Positions 36,242 to 47,800 of a stretch of DNA of 64,000 nt are shown here, piece after piece (positions within the stretch are counted from its first letter, which is position 1; each line of letters begins with the position of its first letter). The stretch is from Mayamaea pseudoterrestris (taxonomy: Eukaryota). The DNA lies in contig BROI01000009.1 of the NCBI GenBank assembly GCA_027923505.1, positions 248,001 to 312,000 on the forward strand. The letters run 5' to 3'. The translations under genes and the position numbers were made by a program. Under the pieces are notes generated by a model. That model ran no database searches. It had not been told where the DNA came from and saw only the letters and a program-made list of their open reading frames with translations.

Positions 36242-38647
36242 ATGAGATTCACAGCCGCTGCTGTCTGCTGCGTGGTGGCGGCGCTGCCGCTTGGAGCCGA
36301 AGCCTTTGCTCCGCCGCGAGCAGTTCATCAGCGCGCCTCTCTTGCCGTTTCTTCCACCATGCGGCGGCGTGACGAAAGTAACGGTGTTGTCTCCAATGCA
36401 ATGCATCAAAGCATGTCGAGCGCGCAAATGAAAGACTTTATGAAATCATCAGCATCAGACGAAGTTGCTCGCATTGCAGCAGCTGAGACACGGCAGCGCG
36501 CGACGGGTGTCTTAAAGGCCTACGAAGGCCAATCGGGTGCGTCAATTATTTACTCCAAGCTCGAGGAGCATGGCGTCAAGGTTGTCAATGGCTTTTCCGG
36601 AGGCGCCGTTTTGCCTTTGCTTGATCAATTTCACGAAACGCATCCCCGGCATGGAGCTGATGGCCCGAAGATTCGATGGATCACCAACTCGAACGAGAAT
36701 TCCTCCGGTCACATTGCAGAAGGATACGCCAAGAGCATGCCGGTGGATCCCCTGAACCTTCCAGTTGGTGTTGCAATTGCAACATCTGGCCCTGGTGTCA
36801 CAAATTTAATTACGCCGCTACAGGACGCCATTTGCGACGGAGTGCCCATGGTCGTTTTGTGCGGGCAAGCTGCGACTGTGGCTCCACTGGACGCCTTTCA
36901 GCAAGCACCAGCTGTGGAACTTACTTCTCCATGCACCAAGTGGAGTTATCAAATCAAGAGTGCGGCGGAACTTCCTTTTGTCATGGAGTATGCCTTTTAT
37001 GTTGCTCGGAATGGACGGCCTGGTCCGGTTTTTGTTGATCTGCCAAAAGATTTGCAGAATCAGATTGTCAGTCGGGATTTGATCAATGCCTTCGTTGACC
37101 AGAACCTAAGCGACATCCCACGCGGGAACAACGATCACAATCTTTTGCGTTTAACGAAAAAGTATCGACCGAATGGAGAACTCTTCCAGGCCATTCACAT
37201 CGGGAGTCCTACACAAGGACTAGCGTTTGAAGTCACGAAGGCGGATATGTCTACTTACAAGCTACAGCCCGTCTTTCAGGCAGAACCAGCCGATCTATAC
37301 CACGCTGACCATCATCCTTCTAATCATATGTACAAGAACGAGGTTGTCACGATGCCAGACGCCAAGGCAAAGGTCACGGAAGGCATGTTTCAAGCCGACG
37401 GCGGTCTAACAAAAGAGATGATTGACACGATACGAAAGGCTAAGAAGCCTCTTATTATAGCCGGTCAAGGCTGTAATGATTGTCCTGATGAGTTGAAGCA
37501 CTTTGCAGAGACACTACGCATTCCAGTCACCACGACTCTTCACGCCCTTGGTGTCTTTGATGAAAGGCACGAGCTGGCTTTGAACATGATGGGCATGCAC
37601 GGCCATCCAACACCAAACTTCATGGCACAGGAAGCCGATCTAATTCTTTGTATTGGATCACGATTTGACGATCGCATCACTGGTCGCATGGCCGACTTTG
37701 TTCCAGAGGCCCGCAAGGCGGCATCGGAGGGACGTGGTGGTGTTATTCACGTGGATATTCGTCTTTCAGAGAATGCAAAGCAGGTGGAACCGACTTACTT
37801 TGTGCACTCGACGGGCAAGAATTTCTTGCGAACCCTGAACGAGGTGCTGGCGACGCGCGAAGTTAGACCTGCAACTGATACTTGGCTGGAGCGCATGAAG
37901 GATTACCAAGCGAGGTACCCGATTAAGATTCCTTTCTTTCCGACCAAATCGTACACGGTCAAAGACACTGATGGTCGGGACATTATCATCGAGCAGACAA
38001 AAATGTCAGCTCAATCAGTCGTTTACGAACTCGACCGTCACCTCTTGAAGGCTGGCAAGATGGATGACGCCCTTTTTACCACGGGTGTTGGTATTCATCA
38101 AATGGTTGCGGCGCAGCTAATTACATGGACGCAGCCACGGCAAATGCTAAGTAGTGGTTCGTTGGGCACCATGGGTGTTTCGCTCGGTTACGCCATTGGT
38201 GCCAAATTGGCGAATCCAGGTAAAATTGTCATTTCGGTCGACGGCGACGGTTCGTTTAACATGACATTCACCGAGTTAAAGACATTGAAGGAGCAAGGTA
38301 TCCCAATCAAAATAATGATTTTGGACAACGACGGGCAAATGATGGTGGAGTATTGGCAGCGTTTGTTTCACGACAACCGTCTCATTGCTGTACGAAATTC
38401 GCACAACCCTGACTACGTCAAGCTCGCTGGAGCATTTGGTATTAAGGCATTGTATTGCGACCATGCCGAAGACCTGGAGCAAAAGATGAATGAGTTTCTT
38501 TTCGCCGATCCGGAGGAACCAGTGTTGTTTCACGTCAAGATTGAGCGCACTCCCTGTTTGCCGTTGGTGGCGCCTGGGCAACCTTTACAAGACATGATTT
38601 TGGAGGATGTCGACGTGGATGTGGATGGCTCCGCTGCTCCGAGTTAA
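36242..38647 (+). CDS. ALS: Acetolactate synthase (AHAS) catalytic subunit, plastid-targeted
   Basis: Leader ...GAEA-FAP; ATSGPGVTNLIT, GRPGPVFVDLPKD, MMGMHG, GSRFDDRITG, SGSLGTMG and the TPP motif GDGSFNM. Confidence 0.93.
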   Translation: MRFTAAAVCCVVAALPLGAEAFAPPRAVHQRASLAVSSTMRRRDESNGVVSNAMHQSMSSAQMKDFMKSSASDEVARIAAAETRQRATGVLKAYEGQSGASIIYSKLEEHGVKVVNGFSGGAVLPLLDQFHETHPRHGADGPKIRWITNSNENSSGHIAEGYAKSMPVDPLNLPVGVAIATSGPGVTNLITPLQDAICDGVPMVVLCGQAATVAPLDAFQQAPAVELTSPCTKWSYQIKSAAELPFVMEYAFYVARNGRPGPVFVDLPKDLQNQIVSRDLINAFVDQNLSDIPRGNNDHNLLRLTKKYRPNGELFQAIHIGSPTQGLAFEVTKADMSTYKLQPVFQAEPADLYHADHHPSNHMYKNEVVTMPDAKAKVTEGMFQADGGLTKEMIDTIRKAKKPLIIAGQGCNDCPDELKHFAETLRIPVTTTLHALGVFDERHELALNMMGMHGHPTPNFMAQEADLILCIGSRFDDRITGRMADFVPEARKAASEGRGGVIHVDIRLSENAKQVEPTYFVHSTGKNFLRTLNEVLATREVRPATDTWLERMKDYQARYPIKIPFFPTKSYTVKDTDGRDIIIEQTKMSAQSVVYELDRHLLKAGKMDDALFTTGVGIHQMVAAQLITWTQPRQMLSSGSLGTMGVSLGYAIGAKLANPGKIVISVDGDGSFNMTFTELKTLKEQGIPIKIMILDNDGQMMVEYWQRLFHDNRLIAVRNSHNPDYVKLAGAFGIKALYCDHAEDLEQKMNEFLFADPEEPVLFHVKIERTPCLPLVAPGQPLQDMILEDVDVDVDGSAAPS

Positions 38648-38975
38648 TATAACCGGATTTGAGACTGCAGGTGAGTCGAGGCAGGGTGGAGAAACTGTCG
38701 ACGCTAGGACAGGTTTGACGCTGAATAACTTTTAGATATCGTACATTGAGCATGTATATAGTATATAATAGTGGCATGCGAGTACGACGCACGCAAAATG
38801 AGTCCTTGCAACATGTATGTGTACAGCTTGTACGGTGTTTGCAGTGAAGTACTACGGTACGGTATATTTAATAACGGAGCGACATAAATCTCGCTCATTG
38901 ATCTTTCCTCTCCAACGCAGCAAACTAGCGTTGCTGTATCCAGCGAAAAAACAACATGACAACTACCGGTATACC

Positions 38976-40441
38976 ATGAGTTCTGGGACTTTACCAAAGC
39001 ACAAATACCACCGAGCGTCTCAGTTGGGCGCTGGATCGTTTGGGAGTGTCGTCGTAGTTTACAATGATGACGGAGAGGAGTATGCTTTGAAACGCTTTAT
39101 GATGGGACCCGACGACGACAGTGACCAAGATGGATCACATAAGTCCACCTGGCCAGTTGACATTGGCGTCCTTAGGGAGTTATCAGCTCTTCGATTACTT
39201 CGAGAAAAGAATGGTCATGTTAATATTACACATCTTGTCGATATTCAAACTGGTTGGGGCAGTGACAGCGATGATTGCGACGACGACGATGCTGGCACGG
39301 ACAAAGAATTAGCTGGTGCTGGAACGAGTGGATGCATATGCATCGCGCTTCCATTATACAAATTTGGATCGCTACAGGATGCCTTGGAAAGAAGATTTTT
39401 TTGTTCCTGCTCACGCAAAGTCAAGGCGACTGTAGTGCATGGACTCCTGTCAGCAGTTGCCTTTGTAAGCCATGCCATTGCTTTCTCTTTTCAAAATGAG
39501 TTTTCGCTCACTTCTATCTATCCCAAAATGAACTGACGCAGCTACATGATAACCGTATAATTCACAGAGACATAAAGCCCAACAACATCATGCTTCAAGA
39601 GGACGACGGGAACGGATGGCGACCGGTGCTCATTGACTTCTCCTTGGCCAAAATTATGCCTATCAATGAACAACCCGACAGCGCACCGATGAAACACACG
39701 GGAGAGGTGGGAACGACTAAATATGTTTCGCCCGAGATTGTTGCGCGAGAGCCTTATGGATTGCCAAGTGACCTTTGGAGTGTCGGCGTTGTTGTGCTGG
39801 AGCTACTCACGGACGACATAATAATTGCTTCCAAAGATCGGCACGCCTTTTCAATGATTCATACAAAACTTGAGCAGCTCGATAACGGCCAACCTTTTCC
39901 TAATCTAATGTATGGACTTCTCCGAACAGATCCGAATGATCGATTAACGGCACGTCAAGCCTTGCAGCATGCACTCTTTGGGGCAAAATTTCACTTGGAA
40001 GTACCACCTGTCCGCGTGATTGACATTGCCGTGGCTCTTCCGCTCCAATTAGCAGTGGACGACAGTAACGACAATAAACACATGCCTATCTACGCTGCTA
40101 GAAAGAAGGATCGTGTATTGAACATTCGTCGGAAACGAATCAACCAGATCTGCTACAACCTTGATGCTACAAGTCCCTCGACGAGTGCTGCAGCATATGA
40201 ATATAGTCGCGTTCTCGAGCAGTTGGATGACACGCTGGACGAATCAGACGCGCAGGGTCTTTTGCATTGTATCGTTCTCGCTCATCGATTCTTCGAAGTA
40301 GAAGTTTTAGATCTGGAGCAACTTGATGAAAATGACCGTGGTGCTTTTGCAAACTGGTCGTTGGACGATTATGTTGACGAGGAAAGTACTCTTTTGATAA
40401 TGCTTGACTATTGTTTGTATGAAAGAGGTTATTACAAGTGA
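38976..40441 (+). CDS. CDK-like Ser/Thr kinase with cyclin-box-like C-terminal domain, 2 exons
   Basis: Exons 38976-39464 and 39542-40441. GAGSFGSV, ALK, VLRELSALRLL, HRDIKPNN, DFS, HTGEVGTTKYVSPE and DLWSVG, followed by a ~105-aa helical C-terminal domain. Confidence 0.8.
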
Positions 40442-40506
40442 CAGGAGAAGTACACAGGATATTACCGTAGGTTATGTTTCTGTATCCTCGCATGTATGCT
40501 CACACT

Positions 40507-41226
40507 TTACAAATAGCACAATTGATACAATATCTTTGGCGCATCGTTTGCTTCGTCTTGTTGCTGCTGTTCCTGCTGGAAGTTGTCAATAATTTCAGCC
40601 GCCTCGTTGGTGAAATCGCTGCTTTGCTCCAGTCTCCAGCACAAGTCCAAGGCGACTCGTCCCTTAACGGCTGCTTCGCGAGGATTATCCTTGGTATCCA
40701 AACAAATGACATGAATCGGTTTAAAATCTTGAGTCGGCTCACGCAGCTGCAAGTCTTCAATGACGGCATCGAAGATGCGTTCCTCGAAGGCAATTACAAC
40801 ATCGTGGTGCGCCACTTGCTCTGTTGGCGTATCCTGCCATCGTTGCGGGGCCCGCTTGACGGCCGCCCCGCGCTGGCAAAGCTGCAAAACACCATTGCGC
40901 GAAAAAAAATCCAAGTCTTCTGGAGTTGCTGCGAGACTGGCAAACATTTGTGAATATGGCGTTCCAAACTTGAATAATCGAGGTTCCATGGCCGTCCGTC
41001 CTGGTAAGCGTACCTGCGAACCAGTGCCGTATGATTCCACCGTCAAGCCGGCGTTATTTAATACCAAATGAGCTTCCATGGACCGGTTAATATTCGAGGA
41101 GCAAACGACGCCGAAGGAAAGTCTGGAAGGATGTCTATAAGCCGAGGCTGGCGGCAAACCTGTTGGAGTAGAAGGTCGCGGTAATCGTGGAGGTTTGTAG
41201 TGAGACGATGCTGTAATGCTCGCCAT
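40507..41226 (-). CDS. SSU72: RNA polymerase II CTD phosphatase Ssu72
   Basis: VVCSSNINRSMEAH catalytic CX5R motif; SYGTGSQVRLPG; FGTPY; FEERIFDAVIEDL. Confidence 0.92.
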   Translation of the reverse strand: MASITASSHYKPPRLPRPSTPTGLPPASAYRHPSRLSFGVVCSSNINRSMEAHLVLNNAGLTVESYGTGSQVRLPGRTAMEPRLFKFGTPYSQMFASLAATPEDLDFFSRNGVLQLCQRGAAVKRAPQRWQDTPTEQVAHHDVVIAFEERIFDAVIEDLQLREPTQDFKPIHVICLDTKDNPREAAVKGRVALDLCWRLEQSSDFTNEAAEIIDNFQQEQQQQDEANDAPKILYQLCYL

Positions 41227-41529
41227 GATGTTTGACTTCGATATTGCTCGCCAGATCTGCTATGCAACAACAAACATCGAGAGGCGGAAGAACCGTCGAT
41301 ATTGCCATGATGAAACGAACGGAGGATTCGCTCACGATCGCGGTGCGCTTGATGAAACGCGCTACGACTTTCGGGTACCGCTCCGATGGGGATGCCACGT
41401 CACATCTCGCCCGATCTTTCGTCCGCCATTGCATGGACGCGATGCCGCATGGCTTCTTGCCTCTCTCAACTATCGTATACTTTGACGAAATAATCTCCCG
41501 ATTGCTCTACCGGTAGTTGATCCTGAAGC

Positions 41530-44500
41530 ATGAACACGAAGATAGCAGAGATTACTGATCGCTCCGCCTGCACGGCTTGGAGCTCCATCGCAAGCCATCC
41601 GGATCTAGTTGTAGTTGCTTCCAAGGTATGTGCAAAGGTGCAGGCTGTCATGAACTGCCATTCGCTCGATCGATTATGTAAAGGACCTGATACAACCATT
41701 ACCTTGATCATTTCTGAACAAATGATACATATTACTCGCAGGATACGGGAGGCAGTGGATTTGACGCGACTGGCGGAACTCTTGAAATTTACGACCTTCA
41801 ACCGTCAGAAACATCACCCGATGAATCACCCAAATTACTCGTCTCCGTCAGGACGACCTCTCGCTTCGCCTGCGTCGACTGGTCGAACTATAACGCGAAT
41901 GGCAAATATCCGCTAGGCCTCATTGTTGCGGGCATGACGGATGGTGCTATTCTGATCTACGATGCCAGCAATCTTTTGCAAGAGGCTGAAGATTCACTTT
42001 TCTTCACCGTTAATGAACTTCAAACACAGAACACGCAAGCTTCTGCTATTAAATCGCATCCCATGCAGCCATATCAAATTGCTGTTGGAACGGTCGATGG
42101 CAGAGTCATTGTCGTTGATGTATCGGAAGCTTCGCTGTCTACCCCGCCGACGGTTGCCGACACTTCCGTGTCAGGCAAGCAGTCGACTGAAATCTCAGCC
42201 GTTGCGTGGAATACACAAGTTGCACACATTCTGGCGAGTAGCAGTAAGGATGGAAGTGTCGTGGTTTGGGATGTTGCGCAAGCTAAACCTTGGTGCCGAA
42301 TGCAGGTCGAGCATGGGCCGTTGGCCGACCTCAGCTGGTCGCCCACACAAGGCTTGTATCTGATGACGGCGAGTGGGGATGACCGACACCCTGTCATTCA
42401 AATTTGGGACCTGGGAGCAAGTACGAGCTTGCCGCTCATGACCTTGGAAGGGCATCGTGCTGGTATACTCAAGGCGAGTTGGTGTCCGCACGACGATGGC
42501 TTTGTTTTGAGTTGCGGCAAGGATCATTCCACATTTCTATGGGATGTGGCTTCAATGCGAGCCATCGCCGAACTGCCACTGGAATCAGAGTTAAGCCCCA
42601 CACACGAAGCTGCCATTATGCAATCGAACCCGACTCCCAACAAACTTTTTGGATCAGGGACTCTTGAGGAGCAGATGCATATGCGCGTGTTTGTCGGATG
42701 GTCGCCCTTAAAGCGAGGCATGGCCATGACCTGCAGCTTAGATCGAAAAGTGCAGTTCCATTCAGTACTCGCGCTAGCAACGACAGCTGGACGCGTACCG
42801 AAGTGGATGAAACCAGCGTCCGTCGTTTCCACCGCATTTGGGGGATCCGTAGTTAGCATTGGAGCCAATTCAAGCAGTGTGCTTATTCAAACTGTGCAAG
42901 AGGAGCCGGAGTTAGTGAAGCTTTCCTCTGCCTTTGATGCAGAGCTTGAACAAGCTGAAAGTATGGTTGACTTTTGTGAAAAGCGGCTAAGAAATGCTCA
43001 TGGATTTGACGCGAAAATGTGGGGTTTTATGAAGGTACTGTTCTCGGAAGATCCGCGCAAACAACTACTTCTGCATCTTGGTTACGACTCTGAGCGTATT
43101 GAAGAGGCTGCCAGCAAATTCATGCCGGAAGAAATTGACTCCACTGGGTATGCAAAAGGCACAGAGTTGATGAGTCCATTTGCGCAAAACCTCATCAAAA
43201 GGGCACTTCTGGTGGGCAACTTCAAGGCAGCCGTAGATTGTTGTTTTCGTGCCAAAAACTACGCCGACGCTCTCGTGGTTGCATCTTGCGGAGGTGCCGA
43301 GCTATGGCAGCAAGCTCAAGATCGCTATTGTGACGAAGTGCAATTGTCACGCCCGTACTTAACTCTGCTAAAGGGCATCGTCAAATCGGAATTGGATGGA
43401 CTGGTGGCTAACTCACATGTCGCCCTGTGGCAAGAAACACTTGCCATTTTATCAACATATGCTAAATCAGATGAATTTCCTCGACTTTGTATTGCTCTTG
43501 GTGAACATGTCGAATGCAAAGGCGATGTGTTAAGCGCATCGCTTTGCTACCTCTGTTCTGGTAGCGTTGAGCATGCTTCACGACACTGGGAAACATTGTT
43601 GGCACAGAGCACTAAAGTTAAACGCGCGATGGGCACTCAAGCGCTACATGAATTCGTCGTTAAGGTTAGCATTTACAGAAAGGTTGCTCCATCGAAAAAG
43701 GAGGTGACTGCGTCGATCGCGAATCACTTCACAGCCTATGCGCAAGCGTTGGCAGACCAAGGCCTTTTTAAAGAAGCGGCGAAGTATGTCAGTGGCGACT
43801 CAGAAGCGAGCATAAAACTTAAGGATCGATTATATCGCAGTCGCAAAACTCAACAATGCTTGACAGAACTTGGTGGTGCTCCTGTTTTCCCATTCAGTAC
43901 GTCTACGCCGGCATCAAGAAGACCGTCTGTTGCTGGTCGTTCTAGCAGAAGGCCGTCTGCGACAGCTGATAGCATGCATTCGAGGGCAAGTCATGGTTCT
44001 CAAGGCTCACTGAGCTCACTCGGGCATTCACAGCGATTGGACATGCGACCAGAAAGTGCGACACCTGTCCCGCCCGCAATGGAGGGGCTGCCTCCAGGAT
44101 GGGTGGCGCTACATGACCCCTCGAGTGGCAATACTTACTTCGCAAATCAGACAACCGGTGAAACATCGTGGGATCGGCCTCAAGCATCCACAGTCTATCA
44201 ACCACAAGTGCCTAATACTCCTATTAACACACAGGTGCCACATCCATATACCGAGTCATCCAAGAAGCAATCAATCGTGTCCAAGTACGGCGACGGCTTC
44301 GTCACGTCAGCATCTCATCCGGAGCTTGCTCACCAGTATGGTAACGTCGGTACTACGAACCCTTACAGTGCTTCACGACCAGGTACGGCAGCGGCCGTTG
44401 TACAGAAGCTGCAGATACAGGCGCCACCCTCGGGGCCTATTGACCTAACGACGGTAGAATTCTCAGCAGAGCAAGCGCAAATTAAGGACACGCTAACATC

Positions 44501-44783
44501 CTTGTACGATCATCTCGTCTCTATCTCGCAACCGGCGGATTCTCGACAGCTTGAAGAAGTCAAGAAAGGGCTGGAAGCTTTGGTGAAAAAACTTGCGCGA
44601 GGATTGATTGACGATGATATCAATTCAAAGTTGTTAGTTATGTGCGAGCAAATTGGAAACTATGATTTTCGAGCCGCTACAGCGACTCAGACAGCCATTG
44701 TCAACAGCGACTGGAGGATACATAAAGAGTGGCTGAAAGGGCTCAAAACCCTACTTCAACTTGCTGTCAAGAGACTTTACTGA
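41530..44783 (+). CDS. SEC31: COPII coat protein Sec31 (WD40 + helical solenoid, with WW domain), 2 exons
   Basis: Exons 41530-41625 and 41742-44783. AVAWNTQVAHILAS, ASGDDRHPVIQIWDL, LSCGKD, PKWMKP...FGG, ALLVGNFKAAV and WQETLAILSTYA, plus the Sec31-like C-terminal helical domain. Confidence 0.88.
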
Positions 44784-44827
44784 TACAAAGTAAACTAATA
44801 CATTTGGGTCCTTTCGTAACATGTTTA

Positions 44828-47800
44828 TTAGGTTTTTTGACTAGCTTTTCTCTTTTTCTCGGGCACCACATCGAAAACTTTTGCTTTCGGCTGTCCGGCC
44901 ATGCCGTCGCTTGACGCCAGACAATTCTCCCAAAGGGACATATCGCGCGCAAATCGACTCTTATCCCACGCGGACCATTCCTTCCAAACTGCTTTTTCTT
45001 CCGCAGAAAGTCCAAGCCATTGCTCCTTCAATCGATTGTGTATTATTTCCTTGTTTTTCCGGTCAGCCGGGCTGAGCGAAGCTTTTACATCCTTGCGACT
45101 TCGGACACAAAAATGGGTGAAGGGTTTCTTCCACTCTATAGGCTTTTCGCTGCCGTCATATGCAGGAAACTCTTTGAATGTCCCAGCAACAATGTAACCT
45201 TTCAGGATCTGGTCGGTATGCGAAAAGCTGTCGCCATTTATAGCCGAGGCTACGCTTTGTTTCGGTACAAGCTCTTCCCGAAGCGGGGACAATCGAGCAA
45301 TGACGGAACCTTCATTAATCGCCTTCAATCGCGCCTGCACTTCACGAATCTGAGACTCGATGTCCGCAACTTTGTCCTCTAACTCTTGCTTCTCTCGCTG
45401 TGCTCTCTCGGCCCTTTCTTTCCGCTGCTGCAAGCGATAAACCCTGAACTTAGGAAGCTGAATGGGCGGCAAAGCTTCTCCGTTGAAAGAATCAGTTGGA
45501 AGGCCAGCACTTTCTCGAGCTTTGCGCTCGATCTGTTCCACTTCTAGCTTAGCTGCTTTGGCTAATTGCTCGCATCTTCGTATAAGTTGGTCGATCGGAA
45601 GGCTGCGAAAGAAGTAATCAAACCGGAACAGTGGGTTGCGTCGAATGGCCATCCGAATCGCTTGCCATTGCCCGTAGCCATACTTTCTCATCCAGCAAAT
45701 TAGATGTCGATCCTCTTCGAAACTGAACATCTTGTCCCTGCAATTAACATATGAAAATTCAAGTTCCTGCCAGGGATTGTCGAAGAGCGACACGAGAACG
45801 CGTATTCCACCTTCAAGCTCGCCGATTTCGCTTATCTTCTTTTCTCCCCGTTCAATCATTTTGACAGCGCGGTCATATTCATGTGCAGAAAAACGGGCTC
45901 GTCCTAGCTCGCCCCAGAAAGCATTGGCGAAGACTTTAACATCCTGTTCCGACTTTCCTACTTCCGCTGCAATTTTCTGATATTCATGGCGACCATAGTG
46001 CGCGCAAGCCTTTACAAATGCATTGAAGTGTGTTCGAAGCCAACCGGAGAAACCTTCGGACAGCAATTTTTCTTTCAAAGTTTGCTTCTCGCTGCTAATC
46101 AATGGAGATAGCTCAAATGCCTGCCCATCGGCCTCCTTCTGCGGAAAACTTTCATGGTCATCAAGCGATTTTTGATGAAGCTTGTCAATGGCTGCCTTTT
46201 GATCCTCCTCTGGAAGAGCCTTGAAAGCAGCCTCCTCTTCCTCTTGTATCTTCAGCAGAGACTCGCGATCATACATCTGCCACTCCTCCATTCTCGGTAA
46301 ACGAAGGTGTTTGGGAAGTCGGAAAACTTTCTTCTTAGACTTCTTAGCTGTACAAGTACCAGAACTTGCCATCTGCTGCTGGTACAAAGAATTTTCATTG
46401 TAATTTGCTTCCTTTCGCTCGCGCTTACCAATGTCAAATATATTGAGCATGTCAGCTTCCGCCCTAGCGTGCGCAATGGCGTTCGCTGAATAGTCGACAC
46501 CTTCGAAGGTCTGCACCGATGAACCATCCAATTTAAAATCAAGCAGGTCCCCCTTGTCTGCGGCCTGTAGCTTGTCATTGAGCTCCTGCGTCTTTCGTTT
46601 GCCCGCGTCTAGGATAAGATCAATATCGTCGTCAGTAATGGACGAGTCCTTGCTTTTGAAAATTTTGTCGGCTCCAAAGCGCACAGCGGCAAGTAGCTCG
46701 TCTCGCGACAGCTTGTCTTTGTCCTTCAGACGACCTTGCTGGACCACCATGGCGTCGAGCTTTAGTTTCTGCTGTGCCCTTTCAACAATTTTCTCCTCGA
46801 TCGTGTGTTCGGTAACAAGGCGGAAAACTTGGACGCTACGTTTTTGGCCGATGCGATGACTGGACGTAAAAGAAGCCAAATTGTGAGTTGTGATTAAAAT
46901 TGACGTCGTTCTCTATTGTCATTCCAATTGATACATACGCGCGATCTTGACTGTGAAATAAAAGCGCATAACGCGATTGTAGGGTGTGAGTGTGAATAGC
47001 AACAGTATAACAAGTTCACACACGCATGATGGCGTACGCTTGCAAGTCGGCCTGAGGGTTCCAATCCGAATCGTAAAGGATGACTATGTCCGCCGTTTGA
47101 AGGCTACCGAAATCAATCAATTGAGTGAGGCGGCAACTTGAGGTGCACAAGTTCGATCAGCTCGATGCTCACTTACTTAATCCCAAGACCGCCAGCGCGG
47201 GTACTGAGCAAGAATATGAATTTCTCCGATCCTGGCTCGTTATAGGTGTCAATATACTTCTCCCGGTCGTCATAGGATGTATTTCCATCGATGCGGCAAT
47301 ATTGGTATCGGCGCATAACGAGATAATCCTCAAGTATATCCAAGATTTTCGTCATCTGCGTAAACAAAAGCACTCTGTGTCCTTGCTCAAACAGGCGCTT
47401 CAAAAGCTTATCGAGTAATGCCATTTTTCCACAGTTATATATGAGGTGATCCCCTAGCGGAGGAAGGCTACGATCTTCTACCCCTGGAAAGAGGTAAGGG
47501 TGACCAGCACACTTTCGTAGCTGCATAACAATATTCAAGATAGCTGTTCGATTGCCTGATGTCCCCTGAAAGGCGTCGATGTCGCGAGCGAGAATATTGC
47601 GATAAAGATCTTTCTGCATTTTGCTCATTCCGGTAAAAAGAATTGTCTCATGCTGCAACAAAAGATGGGTATTGTCAGGGAACGTTCCGATCAAGGCGCC
47701 AAACGCTGCTGACGGCACACCCCAGTCATACCTTGGGTGGGAGCGATTTTTCAACGTCAGCCTTTAATCGACGTAGCATAAAAGGTCGCAGGATCTTATG

